Shown: positions 28,644-37,912, numbered from the stretch's first letter. The stretch: DNA of 64,000 bases from Planctomycetota bacterium (GCA_038227875.1 JBBRPR010000036.1:21827-85826); one strand, 5' to 3'. Program-made: numbers and translations. The notes: generated by a model not told the origin, from the sequence alone.

Positions 28644-29804
28644 ATGCCGATGGACGACACAGACAAGCGACTGGTGAATGGCCTGATGTGGATCGCCGCC
28701 GTCTGCCTGGGCGCTTATTTTCTGCCGTGGGTGGGCTACCAGGAACAGCAGCGCGAAGAAGAGCGCGCGCGCGAAGCGTTGATTGAAACTGACAAGCAGT
28801 ACCGCGTCAGTTATGCGGACATGCATCCCGCCAACCAAGGACGCACCAGCATCGAGGAAGTCGTCGACGCGGCCGGCGTCCCGCTGGCCGAGCTCAATGC
28901 CACGTACACCAAGGGCAACAAGGAACTGGCCGTCGACATCGACAAGAAGGAAAAGGCCAGCCGCATGGCCTTCCCCGAGTGGACCAACATCCCTGAAGAA
29001 TGGAAGCGCCACGAGGGCGGTTACTTCAAGTACGTGCTGCTCAATGACCTCGTTTCGATCGGCAACCAGCTTCGCCTCAACCAGGTTTCCTGCGACGACG
29101 ATCAGTTCGGCTTCGGCGAATTCACCGGTGAGGCCCGCATCGATGACATCCAGGCCAAGGAATACCTGCGCGAACTGTTCATCGATGAAAAGATCATTGG
29201 GCTGTGCATCCAGGCGAAAGTGAAGGAAGAGAAAGTCGAACGCGACCGCGGCTTGAAGCCGGAAGCGTACATGCGCATCGTCAAGATCTCCAAGGAAGCG
29301 TCGCAACCCGACGGCCCGACGGCGCTGGTGCTCAACCGCAATTTCAGCGAGGAAGAGCACAAGAAAAATCCGCTCTCCGAACGCGCGCGCAAGTACACCG
29401 TCAAGCAGTGGAAGAAATTCATCCAGCAGTATCCCGTCGAATTCGTGCTGCAGTGCGATTCGAATACCTTCCAGCGCTTCCTCTATTCCGTGCGCGAACC
29501 GGGACAGTTCCTCGTCATCCGCAACCTTGAAATCGTTTCGCCGTACATCACCGATAGCAAGGAAGACAAGAGCGAACTGATGGGCCAGGAACTGCTGTCC
29601 ACGCCCGATAAACTGAACAGCCTGAAGCTCGACAACCGGCACATCCAGGTCAAAATTTCAGCCGCGGGTATGGACTTCTTCGACCCGGAGGTGTATCCCA
29701 AGGGTTTGTACAGTCCGCCCGTCGACAAGAACAAGCGTGTGGAAAAGTCCCGGCACATCATTCCGGCTGCACCGGCCCCGCAGGCTCCGGCTCCGGCGAA
29801 CTGA
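28644..29804 (+). CDS. PilO/GspM-like bitopic membrane protein (Amuc_1100-like)
   Basis: N-terminal TM, coiled coil, ferredoxin-like tail 'VEFVLQCDSNTFQRFLYSV...FLVIRNLEI'; lies directly after pilM/N. Confidence 0.6.
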   Translation: MPMDDTDKRLVNGLMWIAAVCLGAYFLPWVGYQEQQREEERAREALIETDKQYRVSYADMHPANQGRTSIEEVVDAAGVPLAELNATYTKGNKELAVDIDKKEKASRMAFPEWTNIPEEWKRHEGGYFKYVLLNDLVSIGNQLRLNQVSCDDDQFGFGEFTGEARIDDIQAKEYLRELFIDEKIIGLCIQAKVKEEKVERDRGLKPEAYMRIVKISKEASQPDGPTALVLNRNFSEEEHKKNPLSERARKYTVKQWKKFIQQYPVEFVLQCDSNTFQRFLYSVREPGQFLVIRNLEIVSPYITDSKEDKSELMGQELLSTPDKLNSLKLDNRHIQVKISAAGMDFFDPEVYPKGLYSPPVDKNKRVEKSRHIIPAAPAPQAPAPAN

Positions 29805-29825
29805 ACGCAGTACGAGGTTAGAAAC

Positions 29826-30671
29826 ATGCACAACACGACGACGGGCAGCTTCAATAAGGAGAAGATGATCTTTCTGATCAGCTCCGTTGTCGTTGCTGCC
29901 GGCGTGTATCTGTTTCTCACCAGCGGTCCTGTGCCCCTGGAACCCGGCGCGCCGGTCAGTTACCAGATGGCGCGGCCCGAAGCGCTGGTGATGTCCGAGA
30001 TTGCCGCGCGCGAAGATGAAGACTTCTATGTCGTCGACGGCAAAGTCACGAAGATGACCGACAAGCGCACCAAGCAACTGGTCAACCGCGACCGCAAGTC
30101 TCCGTTTGAACCCTTCTCCACCTTCGCCACCCGCACGCCGGTCAAGCCCGTCGCCGTCGCCAACAACACTCCGCCGCCTCCGCCGCCTCCACCCGCCGCA
30201 CCGGAAAAGCCGAAGGACCCGAAGAAGGAGTTCACCGGTTCCACCGCTGAAGCCGAAGTTGAATTCATGGGCGTGATGACGATGGCCAGCGGTGAAACGT
30301 TCGGATTGCTCAAGCCCAAGGACGGATCGCCCACCATCCGCGTGAAGATGGGGTCTGAAATCGAAGCCGGCGGCACCAAGTACACCGTCACCGCGCTTGA
30401 AAAACAAGCCATCTGGGTGACCGACGGCGACCAGCGCCCGTTCATTCTGAAAGACTCGACGTTCGACGGTTCCGAAGAAACGTCGTCGGAGAGTTCGGAG
30501 TCAAAGACGAGCAGCAAGCCCAAGGACGCGCCCAAGGTCGCGCAGACGACGCCGAAAGAGTCCACGCCGGCGCCGAAGGACACGACCGCCAATCCGCACA
30601 AGGATCAGCCGAAGAAGCCTGATCGCCCGCGGAAGAACAAGAACGGCATGGCGCCGAAGAGCGGTAATTAG
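29826..30671 (+). CDS. PilP/GspC-like protein, copy 1
   Basis: N-terminal TM; R-x-x-PF motif (NRDRKSPF); Pro linker; beta domain 'FMGVM...FGLLK...RVKMGSEI...YTVTALEKQAI'. Confidence 0.6.
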   Translation: MHNTTTGSFNKEKMIFLISSVVVAAGVYLFLTSGPVPLEPGAPVSYQMARPEALVMSEIAAREDEDFYVVDGKVTKMTDKRTKQLVNRDRKSPFEPFSTFATRTPVKPVAVANNTPPPPPPPPAAPEKPKDPKKEFTGSTAEAEVEFMGVMTMASGETFGLLKPKDGSPTIRVKMGSEIEAGGTKYTVTALEKQAIWVTDGDQRPFILKDSTFDGSEETSSESSESKTSSKPKDAPKVAQTTPKESTPAPKDTTANPHKDQPKKPDRPRKNKNGMAPKSGN

Positions 30672-30699
30672 AAATTCACTGTTGGGTTGCGAGGTAATC

Positions 30700-31302
30700 A
30701 TGAGACCGATCCGGACAGGATTTGGGCGGGAGAAGCTCTGTTTTCTCATCTGTTCCACCATCGCCGCGTCCGCCGTTTACTACGCGCTGGTCAGTGCGCC
30801 GTTGCCGCTGGTCCCTGGCGCGCCGGTCACCTACAGCACAGCGATCCCGGCGCCGCCGGAATGCGTGCCGCTCTCGATCCGCCACGACGAAGAAGGGTAT
30901 GTCTTCAGCGTCGTCGACGCGCAGAGCGGCGAGCGCGCCAACCGCGACCGACCTAATCCGTTTGCGCCGTGGATCGCGATCGTGCGAGTCACTCAAATAA
31001 TCGTCCCTCCGGCCACCGTGGTTCCTCCATCCGTTACCGTCAAAGACGATCCTGCGCCGCGCATCGACAAACGCGAATTTCCGCCCGTCGCGCTGTCCTC
31101 CGCCGTCGCCTACACCGGAGTGCTCTCCGCCAACGGCGACACCATTGGCCTGCTTAATCGTAAAGATGGCTCCGGCTATCTGCGTGTCCGGGAAGGCAGC
31201 GAGTTCGCGGTCGGCGGCACTACCTACCGCGTTGAGCGTTTGGAAAAACAAGCGATCTGCGTGCTGCAGGGCGGGGTGTCGATCCGTCTGAAATGCGAGT
31301 AG
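30700..31302 (+). CDS. PilP/GspC-like protein, copy 2 (paralog of the upstream gene)
   Basis: Aligns with the previous ORF (EKxxFLI, PLxPGAPVxY, NRDRxxPF, GLLxxKDGS, GSExxxGGTxYxVxxLEKQAI); ATG at 30700 after GAGG. Confidence 0.65.
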   Translation: MRPIRTGFGREKLCFLICSTIAASAVYYALVSAPLPLVPGAPVTYSTAIPAPPECVPLSIRHDEEGYVFSVVDAQSGERANRDRPNPFAPWIAIVRVTQIIVPPATVVPPSVTVKDDPAPRIDKREFPPVALSSAVAYTGVLSANGDTIGLLNRKDGSGYLRVREGSEFAVGGTTYRVERLEKQAICVLQGGVSIRLKCE

Positions 31303-31305
31303 ATC

Positions 31306-31445
31306 TGGCGCCACGGATGCGTGAATTTCAGAGCGCAGCGAAGAAATTCATTCATCCGTGCGTTGCGCTTCCCTATGGCTGAGCGCCCTGCACGGATGAA
31401 CGGATGCTTTCGCTAGGCTCAAGCATCCGCGCATCCATGGCACCA
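31306..31445. mobile_element. REPIN/MITE-like element, family A copy 1
   Basis: Ends TGGCGCCACGGATGC...GCATCCATGGCACCA; two inverted ~55-bp units, each with an internal hairpin around a GAGCG(T/C)AGCGA-like core; related copy at 58273-58436. Confidence 0.7.
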
Positions 31446-31500
31446 TTATTCGCGTGCGTTTTTGAATTTTTAATTCCAGATTTTGAATTATCATTCGTTC

Positions 31501-32247
31501 ATGGACGCCTTTGACCTGCCCGGCAAAACCTCCTTCGGCACCACGCGCTGGACTGTCGTGCTTCAGGCCAAGGGCGATCACGCCGAACCTTCGCCAAAAA
31601 ATAAAGTCGCGCAGGAGCGTCGGGAGGCGCTGGGCAAACTGATCGAGATCTACTGGAAGCCGCTCTACTTCTACCTGCGGCGCAAAGGCCACGGAAACTC
31701 CGACGCCGAGGACCTCGCGCAGTCGTTTTTCACTGCGTTTCTGGAGAAGGATTTCCTCAAGTCCGTCGACCGTGACCGCGGACGCTTCCGCAGCTTCATC
31801 CTCGTCGCCATGGACCATTTTCTGGCCAACGAATACGACAAGGCTCACGCTCAGAAACGCGGCGGCGGGCACAAGATTCTCTCGCTCGATTTTGCCGACG
31901 CAGAAAAGCGCTACTCGGCCGAACCGTCCACCAACGAAACACCCGAACGACTGTACATGCGCAAATGGTCGCGCACGCTGACCGACCAGGCCATGCTCGC
32001 GTTGGAAGAGGAATTCAAGGAGAAGGGCAAAGGCCCGCTCTTCACCGCGATCAAGCCGCACCTCGGCGGCGGCGAAGACTACGCCAAAGTCTCCGAAGAA
32101 CTGGGACTAACCGTCGCGAACTTAAAAGTCATCGTACACCGCGCCCGCGCCCGCTACCGCGAAGTGCTCCGCGATTTCGTTCGCGACACCGTCGCCACCG
32201 ATTCGGAAGTCGACGCCGAATTGTGGGAGCTGATCCGCTCGCTCTAG
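31501..32247 (+). CDS. ECF sigma-70 factor (Planctomycete/Verrucomicrobia 'FxTTRW' type)
   Basis: FGTTRWTVV, LIEIYWKPLYFYLRRKG, DAEDLAQSFF, RGRFRSFI, sigma4 'YAKVSEELGLTVANLKVIVHRARARYRE'. Confidence 0.9.
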   Translation: MDAFDLPGKTSFGTTRWTVVLQAKGDHAEPSPKNKVAQERREALGKLIEIYWKPLYFYLRRKGHGNSDAEDLAQSFFTAFLEKDFLKSVDRDRGRFRSFILVAMDHFLANEYDKAHAQKRGGGHKILSLDFADAEKRYSAEPSTNETPERLYMRKWSRTLTDQAMLALEEEFKEKGKGPLFTAIKPHLGGGEDYAKVSEELGLTVANLKVIVHRARARYREVLRDFVRDTVATDSEVDAELWELIRSL

Positions 32248-32259
32248 TTGCGGTTTGGG

Positions 32260-32311
32260 ATGGGGACCATAGTCCCCATGTTGACTTTTGACCACATGGC
32301 AAATTTGCCAT
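32260..32311. repeat. Two adjacent palindromes between convergent genes (ATGGGGAC-N4-GTCCCCAT; ATGGCAAATTTGCCAT)
   Basis: Read directly from the sequence; the second shares the GCAAATTTGC core with 7061-7082. Confidence 0.65.
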
Positions 32312-32322
32312 AAGGTCCCCGG

Positions 32323-35300
32323 CTACTCCGTACGTTTCAATAGCGCTTCGATGCCTGGCTGGCTATGCGTCCAGCCGTAGGCGGGATTGCGGCACGGGGC
32401 GGCCAGAGCGTGAGCTTCGCGGCGGCGGCCCTTTCCTTCCAGCCAGAGCGCCAGAAACCAGCGCCATTCCGGATGCCAGCGCGGACTCGGCCATAGTTCT
32501 CCCGGCACGGGCTCCCGCTCGCCGCAGAACATCAGCGCGAGATCGCGCGAAGCGCCGAAAAAATACTGTTCCAGCAGCGCGCGGTTTTCCGCCAGCGACG
32601 GGCGTTTGAGCAAGCCCAGGGAAGCCAGCAACATCTGAAGATGCAGGCGCGTTTGGGCGACGATGAAATCTTCGGGCTTATGTACATCCGTGAGAAAGCC
32701 GGCCGCGCGCTCGAAGTCGCCACTAATCAATGCGCGCAGCGCGCGGAAGACCTGGATGTGGCCGTCGTTTTCCTTCAGCATTCCAAATCTGGCCACGAAG
32801 AGTTCGAATAATTCCTCCTGCCCGCTGTCGGCCAGTGCGTAGCCGTGGCGCCAGCAGTTTTCACTAAACGCAATGTCTGTCGCCTTGAGGCTCAGCGCCG
32901 TCTGGCGTTTGGCGCCGTCCAGATTGCGGCGAGCGAGTTCCAGGATCGCGCGCCCCATTTTGATGTTCTGTGTCCAATCCTCAGGGCGCGCCAGCCATTC
33001 GCCGATCAAGTTTTTGTGAACGAGATAATGCAGTGCCACACCGGAGTGACAATCGTTCAACCCTACGGTGCCTTCCCTGCTGATCGAGTCTGGAAAGTGC
33101 TCCATTCGGTTCGTGGCCAGAGCCAGCGGGATAAGCGGAGCGGTGACTTGATGTATGGCCATCTGCTGTTCAAATAACTTGCCGCGGAAGTCGAGAAGGA
33201 AATCCAACGCCTCATTCCAGCGGCCCAGCCAGCACAGGTAGTTGACTGTGCGACTGGCGCAGGAGAGCTGGCTTTGAGCGGGCGGGCGGATGTGCTCGGC
33301 ACCCAGCCGGTTGATCGCCATGATCGATTCGAGTGCATGGGTCCGGGTGTTGGGCGTGGCGGAGACCCAGCTGAATTGCCGCGCGGCATCGAAGATGCGC
33401 ACGCGCGCCTGGCTTTCCGGAAAACGCTGAAACAAATCGCGAAAGGTGTTCAGTGTACGTTCGAGACTGGTTTCATTCTTCGCTCTCATTTCATAGATCG
33501 CACGTTCGGCCAGCGCGAAGGGTTCGAAAATCGTCCCCTTTGTTTTCTGGAGAGTTTCAAAGGCCTCTTCGTCGCGGTTCATTTCGGCCAGGCACATGCC
33601 GGCCTTCAGCTGCGCTTCGGCGCCTTGCGCGCCGTCGGGACTTTGAGCTGCAATTTCCCGGTAGCAATCCAGGGCTGTGCCAAAGTGTCCGGCCGAATAA
33701 TTTCGATCGGCCGCGCGCATCGCTGGAATCTGCTTGCTCCAGTTCTGGCTCTGGACTTCCAACGGCTTGAAATGGGTGCGCGCCGTGAAGCTGTAGAATC
33801 CCAGGTGCGCGCCGCTGAACGGAAACAATTCACGGAACGTGAGCACGCGTTTGCCATTTATGGCGCAATGGAGCAGGCCGTCGGCGTCCTGGTATTCAAT
33901 CTCAATCCGGTAGCGCCGACCCGGCTCGATCGTCATGCCGGCTTTCACCACAACGTCGTTGTCATGACGGGCGATTTTGAAGACTGTGTTGTATTCGGCT
34001 CCCACCTGAAAAAAGTAGCCCCAATAGCGATTGACACCCGGCACCGTGGCGGGCTGACAATGGCCAATGATCGACAACTCGGAATTGGGCAGTTCCGCCC
34101 AGGCTTCACAACTGAAGCGGAACGAACCCGGCACGGGAACTTTCCATTTCAAAATTCCTTCATTGGATTCCTGTGAGACCCAGTTGTCGCCTTCGATCCT
34201 CCACGAACCGAATTGCGCGGCCCATTCGTCTTCGCGAAGCGGATGTGCGTCCGGGCCGAATCGCGTCGTGGTCCAATCTGTTTCGCCGCGCAGAAACTTT
34301 CCCAGCCGCTCCGCAAACCGTTCGGCGTTCGGCCGCTGAGCGGGATCGATCGCGAGCGCTTCACCACTCAGCGCTGAGAGCTGCGAATCGATGCCGCTTT
34401 CCGGCTTGAGCGCATCGGGCGGCGTGAAACTGCCTGTGAGCAGCGCGTCAACGCTTTCGCTTGTGGAGGCGCGCTGGAATGGCAGCGCGTCGGTGAGCAG
34501 ATAATAGAGCAGCGTCCCGAGCGCAAAAACATCGCAGGCCGGCCCGATCTTGTCCTTTCCGCGGACCATTTCCGGCGCAATAAAAGACGTCGAGCCGACC
34601 AGTTTGACGCCTTGAGAATCGCTGGCCCGCCCGCTCTCATGACTACCGGTGGACCAGTCGATCACAGTTACTTCGCCGTACCTTCCGACCAGGATGTTTC
34701 CGGGCGTCAGGTCCAGATGCAGTACGTTCTGCATGTGCGCGTACGCCACTGTTTCACTGACGCGCTGCAGAATCTCCAGCAGGCGGCCGGGCGTGAAGGT
34801 ATGCAGCGTTTCCATATCGCCTTTGCGCCGCGCGTCGACGATTTGCTGAAGCGTGCGGCCATCCAGTGGCTTCATGGTGTAGTAGCGGCGGCTGTCCTGA
34901 TCGCGGCCGATGTTGAAGATGGGCACGATTCCAGGGTGATTGAGGCCGGCCGTAACCTTCGCTTCCCGTTCGAAGGCCTGCGATTGTTCGAAGGACTGAT
35001 GTGCCGTCAGCGGCCGTTTCAAGGCCACATCGCGGTCCAGGCCCGGCTGCGTGACCAGCAGCACTTCGCCCATGCTGCCCACGCCCAACCGGCGTTTGAC
35101 GATGTGTCCGTCGACCATCTCGACGGCGCCGGGCTTTAATGCGCTCGGGGGAACATCCGTCTCTCCCGCCGGACTGACCGTGCCCAGCAGCCGCACCGCG
35201 CGCTCGGCCGAAACCGCGTCGGAATCGGCTCGGTCTCCGGGTTTGGCGGACGAGGGAAGCACGCGATTGCGTCCGCCTTCCTTGGCGGCGTACAGCGCTG

Positions 35301-36201
35301 TGTCAGCGCGGAGAAACAGTGGCTGCGCCGAAAACGCGTTGAGCGGAAAGCTGGCCAGCCCGATCGTTGCAGTGACCTTCAGGCCCTGCGGAAGTGGAAT
35401 CGCCTCGACTTTTTCGCGAACTTTCTCGGCCACCTTTAAACCGTCTTCGGCGTTGGTGTCGAGCAACAGGATTTCAAATTCGTCGCCGCCAAACCGTGCG
35501 AGAATATCGGTGCTGCGAAAGGTGGCGCGCAGGATTGACGCGACCTGCAGCAGGCACTGATTGCCCGCTTCATGTCCGCAGGTATCGTTGAGCGCCTTGA
35601 AATGATCGAGGTCCATCAGGAGCAGCGAAAGCGGCTCCTCATTCCGAATCGCGCGGCGCACGGCCTGGTCAACTTCCTGGCGAAAATGGCGGTGGCAGAA
35701 AAGTCCCGTGAGCGGATCGGTGATCGCCGATTGATAGAGGAGGGTGTGTTCCAGCGATGCGGCGGCTTGCGACGCGAGCATCTCGAAGAATTGCTGATCC
35801 TTGTCGCTAATCTTCCGCGATTGCTGTGTCGTGAGAAGTTGCAGCGCTCCAAGAATTTCCCGGCTGGCGGTGAGCGGTGCGCAGAGCATTGTGGCGGGCT
35901 TGCCGTCGATCGTTCTCTGCACGAAGACAGGCCGTCCGCTGTGAATTACGCTTTGCGCGACTTCCAACATCAAGGACTCGGTGGCGGCATTCATCGGCTC
36001 GGACGATGCCGGCCAGTGCCCACGCGGGATAAGGTCGCTGTTTTCGAGTAAAAATGCTGAGGCCTGATCGAAGCCGAGAAGATCGTGGGCGGTGCGGCAG
36101 ACATCGGTGAGAAGCTGTTGTACGTCGTATTGTATCTGCCAGCCGCGACTGGCCTTAAGAAGTTCGGCCCAGCTATTCTCGTAGAACGCTGCATCAGACA
36201 T
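32323..36201 (-). CDS. GAF-GGDEF-Ser/Thr kinase-beta-sandwich-TPR fusion protein
   Basis: GAF (MLCAPL...LGALQL); TDPLTGL, DLDHFKALND, RSTD-ILARF-GGDEF; kinase LGVGSMGEV, VALK, FEREAKV...HPGIVP, HLDLTPGN, APE, DVFALG; TPR-like helices; no TM seen. Confidence 0.9.
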   Translation of the reverse strand: MSDAAFYENSWAELLKASRGWQIQYDVQQLLTDVCRTAHDLLGFDQASAFLLENSDLIPRGHWPASSEPMNAATESLMLEVAQSVIHSGRPVFVQRTIDGKPATMLCAPLTASREILGALQLLTTQQSRKISDKDQQFFEMLASQAAASLEHTLLYQSAITDPLTGLFCHRHFRQEVDQAVRRAIRNEEPLSLLLMDLDHFKALNDTCGHEAGNQCLLQVASILRATFRSTDILARFGGDEFEILLLDTNAEDGLKVAEKVREKVEAIPLPQGLKVTATIGLASFPLNAFSAQPLFLRADTALYAAKEGGRNRVLPSSAKPGDRADSDAVSAERAVRLLGTVSPAGETDVPPSALKPGAVEMVDGHIVKRRLGVGSMGEVLLVTQPGLDRDVALKRPLTAHQSFEQSQAFEREAKVTAGLNHPGIVPIFNIGRDQDSRRYYTMKPLDGRTLQQIVDARRKGDMETLHTFTPGRLLEILQRVSETVAYAHMQNVLHLDLTPGNILVGRYGEVTVIDWSTGSHESGRASDSQGVKLVGSTSFIAPEMVRGKDKIGPACDVFALGTLLYYLLTDALPFQRASTSESVDALLTGSFTPPDALKPESGIDSQLSALSGEALAIDPAQRPNAERFAERLGKFLRGETDWTTTRFGPDAHPLREDEWAAQFGSWRIEGDNWVSQESNEGILKWKVPVPGSFRFSCEAWAELPNSELSIIGHCQPATVPGVNRYWGYFFQVGAEYNTVFKIARHDNDVVVKAGMTIEPGRRYRIEIEYQDADGLLHCAINGKRVLTFRELFPFSGAHLGFYSFTARTHFKPLEVQSQNWSKQIPAMRAADRNYSAGHFGTALDCYREIAAQSPDGAQGAEAQLKAGMCLAEMNRDEEAFETLQKTKGTIFEPFALAERAIYEMRAKNETSLERTLNTFRDLFQRFPESQARVRIFDAARQFSWVSATPNTRTHALESIMAINRLGAEHIRPPAQSQLSCASRTVNYLCWLGRWNEALDFLLDFRGKLFEQQMAIHQVTAPLIPLALATNRMEHFPDSISREGTVGLNDCHSGVALHYLVHKNLIGEWLARPEDWTQNIKMGRAILELARRNLDGAKRQTALSLKATDIAFSENCWRHGYALADSGQEELFELFVARFGMLKENDGHIQVFRALRALISGDFERAAGFLTDVHKPEDFIVAQTRLHLQMLLASLGLLKRPSLAENRALLEQYFFGASRDLALMFCGEREPVPGELWPSPRWHPEWRWFLALWLEGKGRRREAHALAAPCRNPAYGWTHSQPGIEALLKRTE

Positions 36202-36357
36202 GGGCTAAGTATAGGAGAGTGCGACGCGTTTGGAAATAGCGGTCTCGGTTCAAAGCACACCGTTTTGGCTAAATTGGGGGAGGCACGCCGGTTATGAGCC
36301 AAAGCCTCTCGTTAAAACCGCTAGAAAATCCAGCGCCTTCGCCTACGCTCTTTGCCT

Positions 36358-36843
36358 ATGAAGAAACTCGGTATTCTGGCCGATACCCATGACCATCTGG
36401 ACCGCATCCGTTTGGCGGTGCTGCTGTTGAAGAAAAACGGTGCGGAAGGGCTGTTGCACCTCGGCGATTTCGTGGCGCCGTTTGCATTGAAGGAAGTGCT
36501 GAAGTTCGAGGGGCCGATTTATCTCATCTACGGCAACAACGACGGTGAGAAAAAGGGCCTGAAGAAGCTTTTTCCTGAGATTAAAGACGGCCCGCACGTC
36601 TTTGAAATCGGTGGCCGGAAACTGGGCGTGGCCCATTCGGTCGAAGAAATTCCCGCGGATTACCGGACCACGTGCGACGGCGTCTTCTACGGACATTCGC
36701 ACACCCGCGTGCACAAACCGAAGGCCGACGGACAAGCGCTGGAACTGAATCCCGGCGAATGCTGCGGCTGGCTGACGGGAAAACCCAGCTACGCGATGCT
36801 GGATCTGGAAACAATGCAGGCCGAGATTCTGGAGCTGTCATGA
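36358..36843 (+). CDS. YfcE/MJ0936-family metallophosphoesterase
   Basis: DTHD, HLGD, GNND, GHSH, NPGE motifs. Confidence 0.9.
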   Translation: MKKLGILADTHDHLDRIRLAVLLLKKNGAEGLLHLGDFVAPFALKEVLKFEGPIYLIYGNNDGEKKGLKKLFPEIKDGPHVFEIGGRKLGVAHSVEEIPADYRTTCDGVFYGHSHTRVHKPKADGQALELNPGECCGWLTGKPSYAMLDLETMQAEILELS

Positions 36844-37760
36844 GACTGGTATCCGTGTGTGGAATGAGCGCGATGGCGCTGCTGCTTCTGGTCACCACCG
36901 GCTGCACCAGCCGCGGCATCACCGTGACCAGCGAACCGCCGGGCGGGGAGCTGTCGATCAACCGCCGCGTCGTCGGCGACACGCCCATCCGCGTGGGCTT
37001 CACACATTACGGCACGTACCGCATCGAAATTCGCAAGTATGGCTACAAGGTCCTGGTGCGTGAAGAGAAGATCAGCCCGCCGGTCTACGGTTACGATCCC
37101 GTCGCCGCCGTCGCCGACAATTTCATTCCTGCCCGGTTGAATGACGAAGTCTATCTCCACTACGTTCTCAAGCCGCTCGACGCCGTCGACGAGAAGGACG
37201 GCGACAAGAAAGCCGACGACGACAAATCGCCGGACGCGAAAACCGCGAAGGCGCCCAAGAGCGACGCCGACCTGCTGGCCGAACGCAGCGCCCGTGAGCA
37301 GGCGCAGAAGTCATCGCTGCTCGAACGTGCCGTCGCCGCGCGCACCGGCCAGATCACGCATCCCAAGACGCACGAACAGATCCAGGTCGCCGTCGGCAGC
37401 GCCGCGCCGACCAAGGCTAAAAAGCCGATCGACTCCGATCAGCCCGTGACCATCGCCGACACGTACACTGTGATCGGGCCGTCGCTGACGCCCATGCTCG
37501 ACCTGCCCCCGGAACTCGGCAGCGTCGCGCCGATCAACGCCACCGCGCCGCAGGGAGCGGAACTGGCGAAGGAATACGGCTTCGGCCCGACCAATCCGCA
37601 ACCGCCCGCAGCCGCGCTGGAGAAGTCGAAGTCTGGCGAATTCGCCAAACCTGAAGAGAAGAAGCCCGTCACCCCCGTCCCTGTCGTCCGCACGCCGAAG
37701 GACGAAGAGCTGATCTACGACAAAGCCGCGCCCAAGGACCCGGAAGAGAAGAAGAAGTAA
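36840..37760 (+). CDS. PEGA-domain lipoprotein
   Basis: ATGA overlap with the upstream stop; lipobox-like LLLVTTGC; PEGA 'ITVTSEPPGGELSIN...VGDTP...YGTYRIEIRKYGY'. Confidence 0.8.
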   Translation: MRLVSVCGMSAMALLLLVTTGCTSRGITVTSEPPGGELSINRRVVGDTPIRVGFTHYGTYRIEIRKYGYKVLVREEKISPPVYGYDPVAAVADNFIPARLNDEVYLHYVLKPLDAVDEKDGDKKADDDKSPDAKTAKAPKSDADLLAERSAREQAQKSSLLERAVAARTGQITHPKTHEQIQVAVGSAAPTKAKKPIDSDQPVTIADTYTVIGPSLTPMLDLPPELGSVAPINATAPQGAELAKEYGFGPTNPQPPAAALEKSKSGEFAKPEEKKPVTPVPVVRTPKDEELIYDKAAPKDPEEKKK

Positions 37761-37786
37761 CGAGGAGACACGTTCGACACGCTCCG

Positions 37787-37819
37787 AAAAAAGCCCCGGC
37801 GATTTGCCGGGGCTTTTTT
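37787..37819 (+). terminator. Rho-independent (bidirectional-type) terminator
   Basis: AAAAAAGCCCCGGC-gattt-GCCGGGGCTTTTTT. Confidence 0.85.
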
Positions 37820-37912
37820 ATTTCTCGTTGAATCGAGCGGCGAACGCGCCAGACTGAACGAGGTGCCGACTGCCCGTTCCACCTCGGCCATGCGCGCGAA
37901 TTGCAGGTCACC

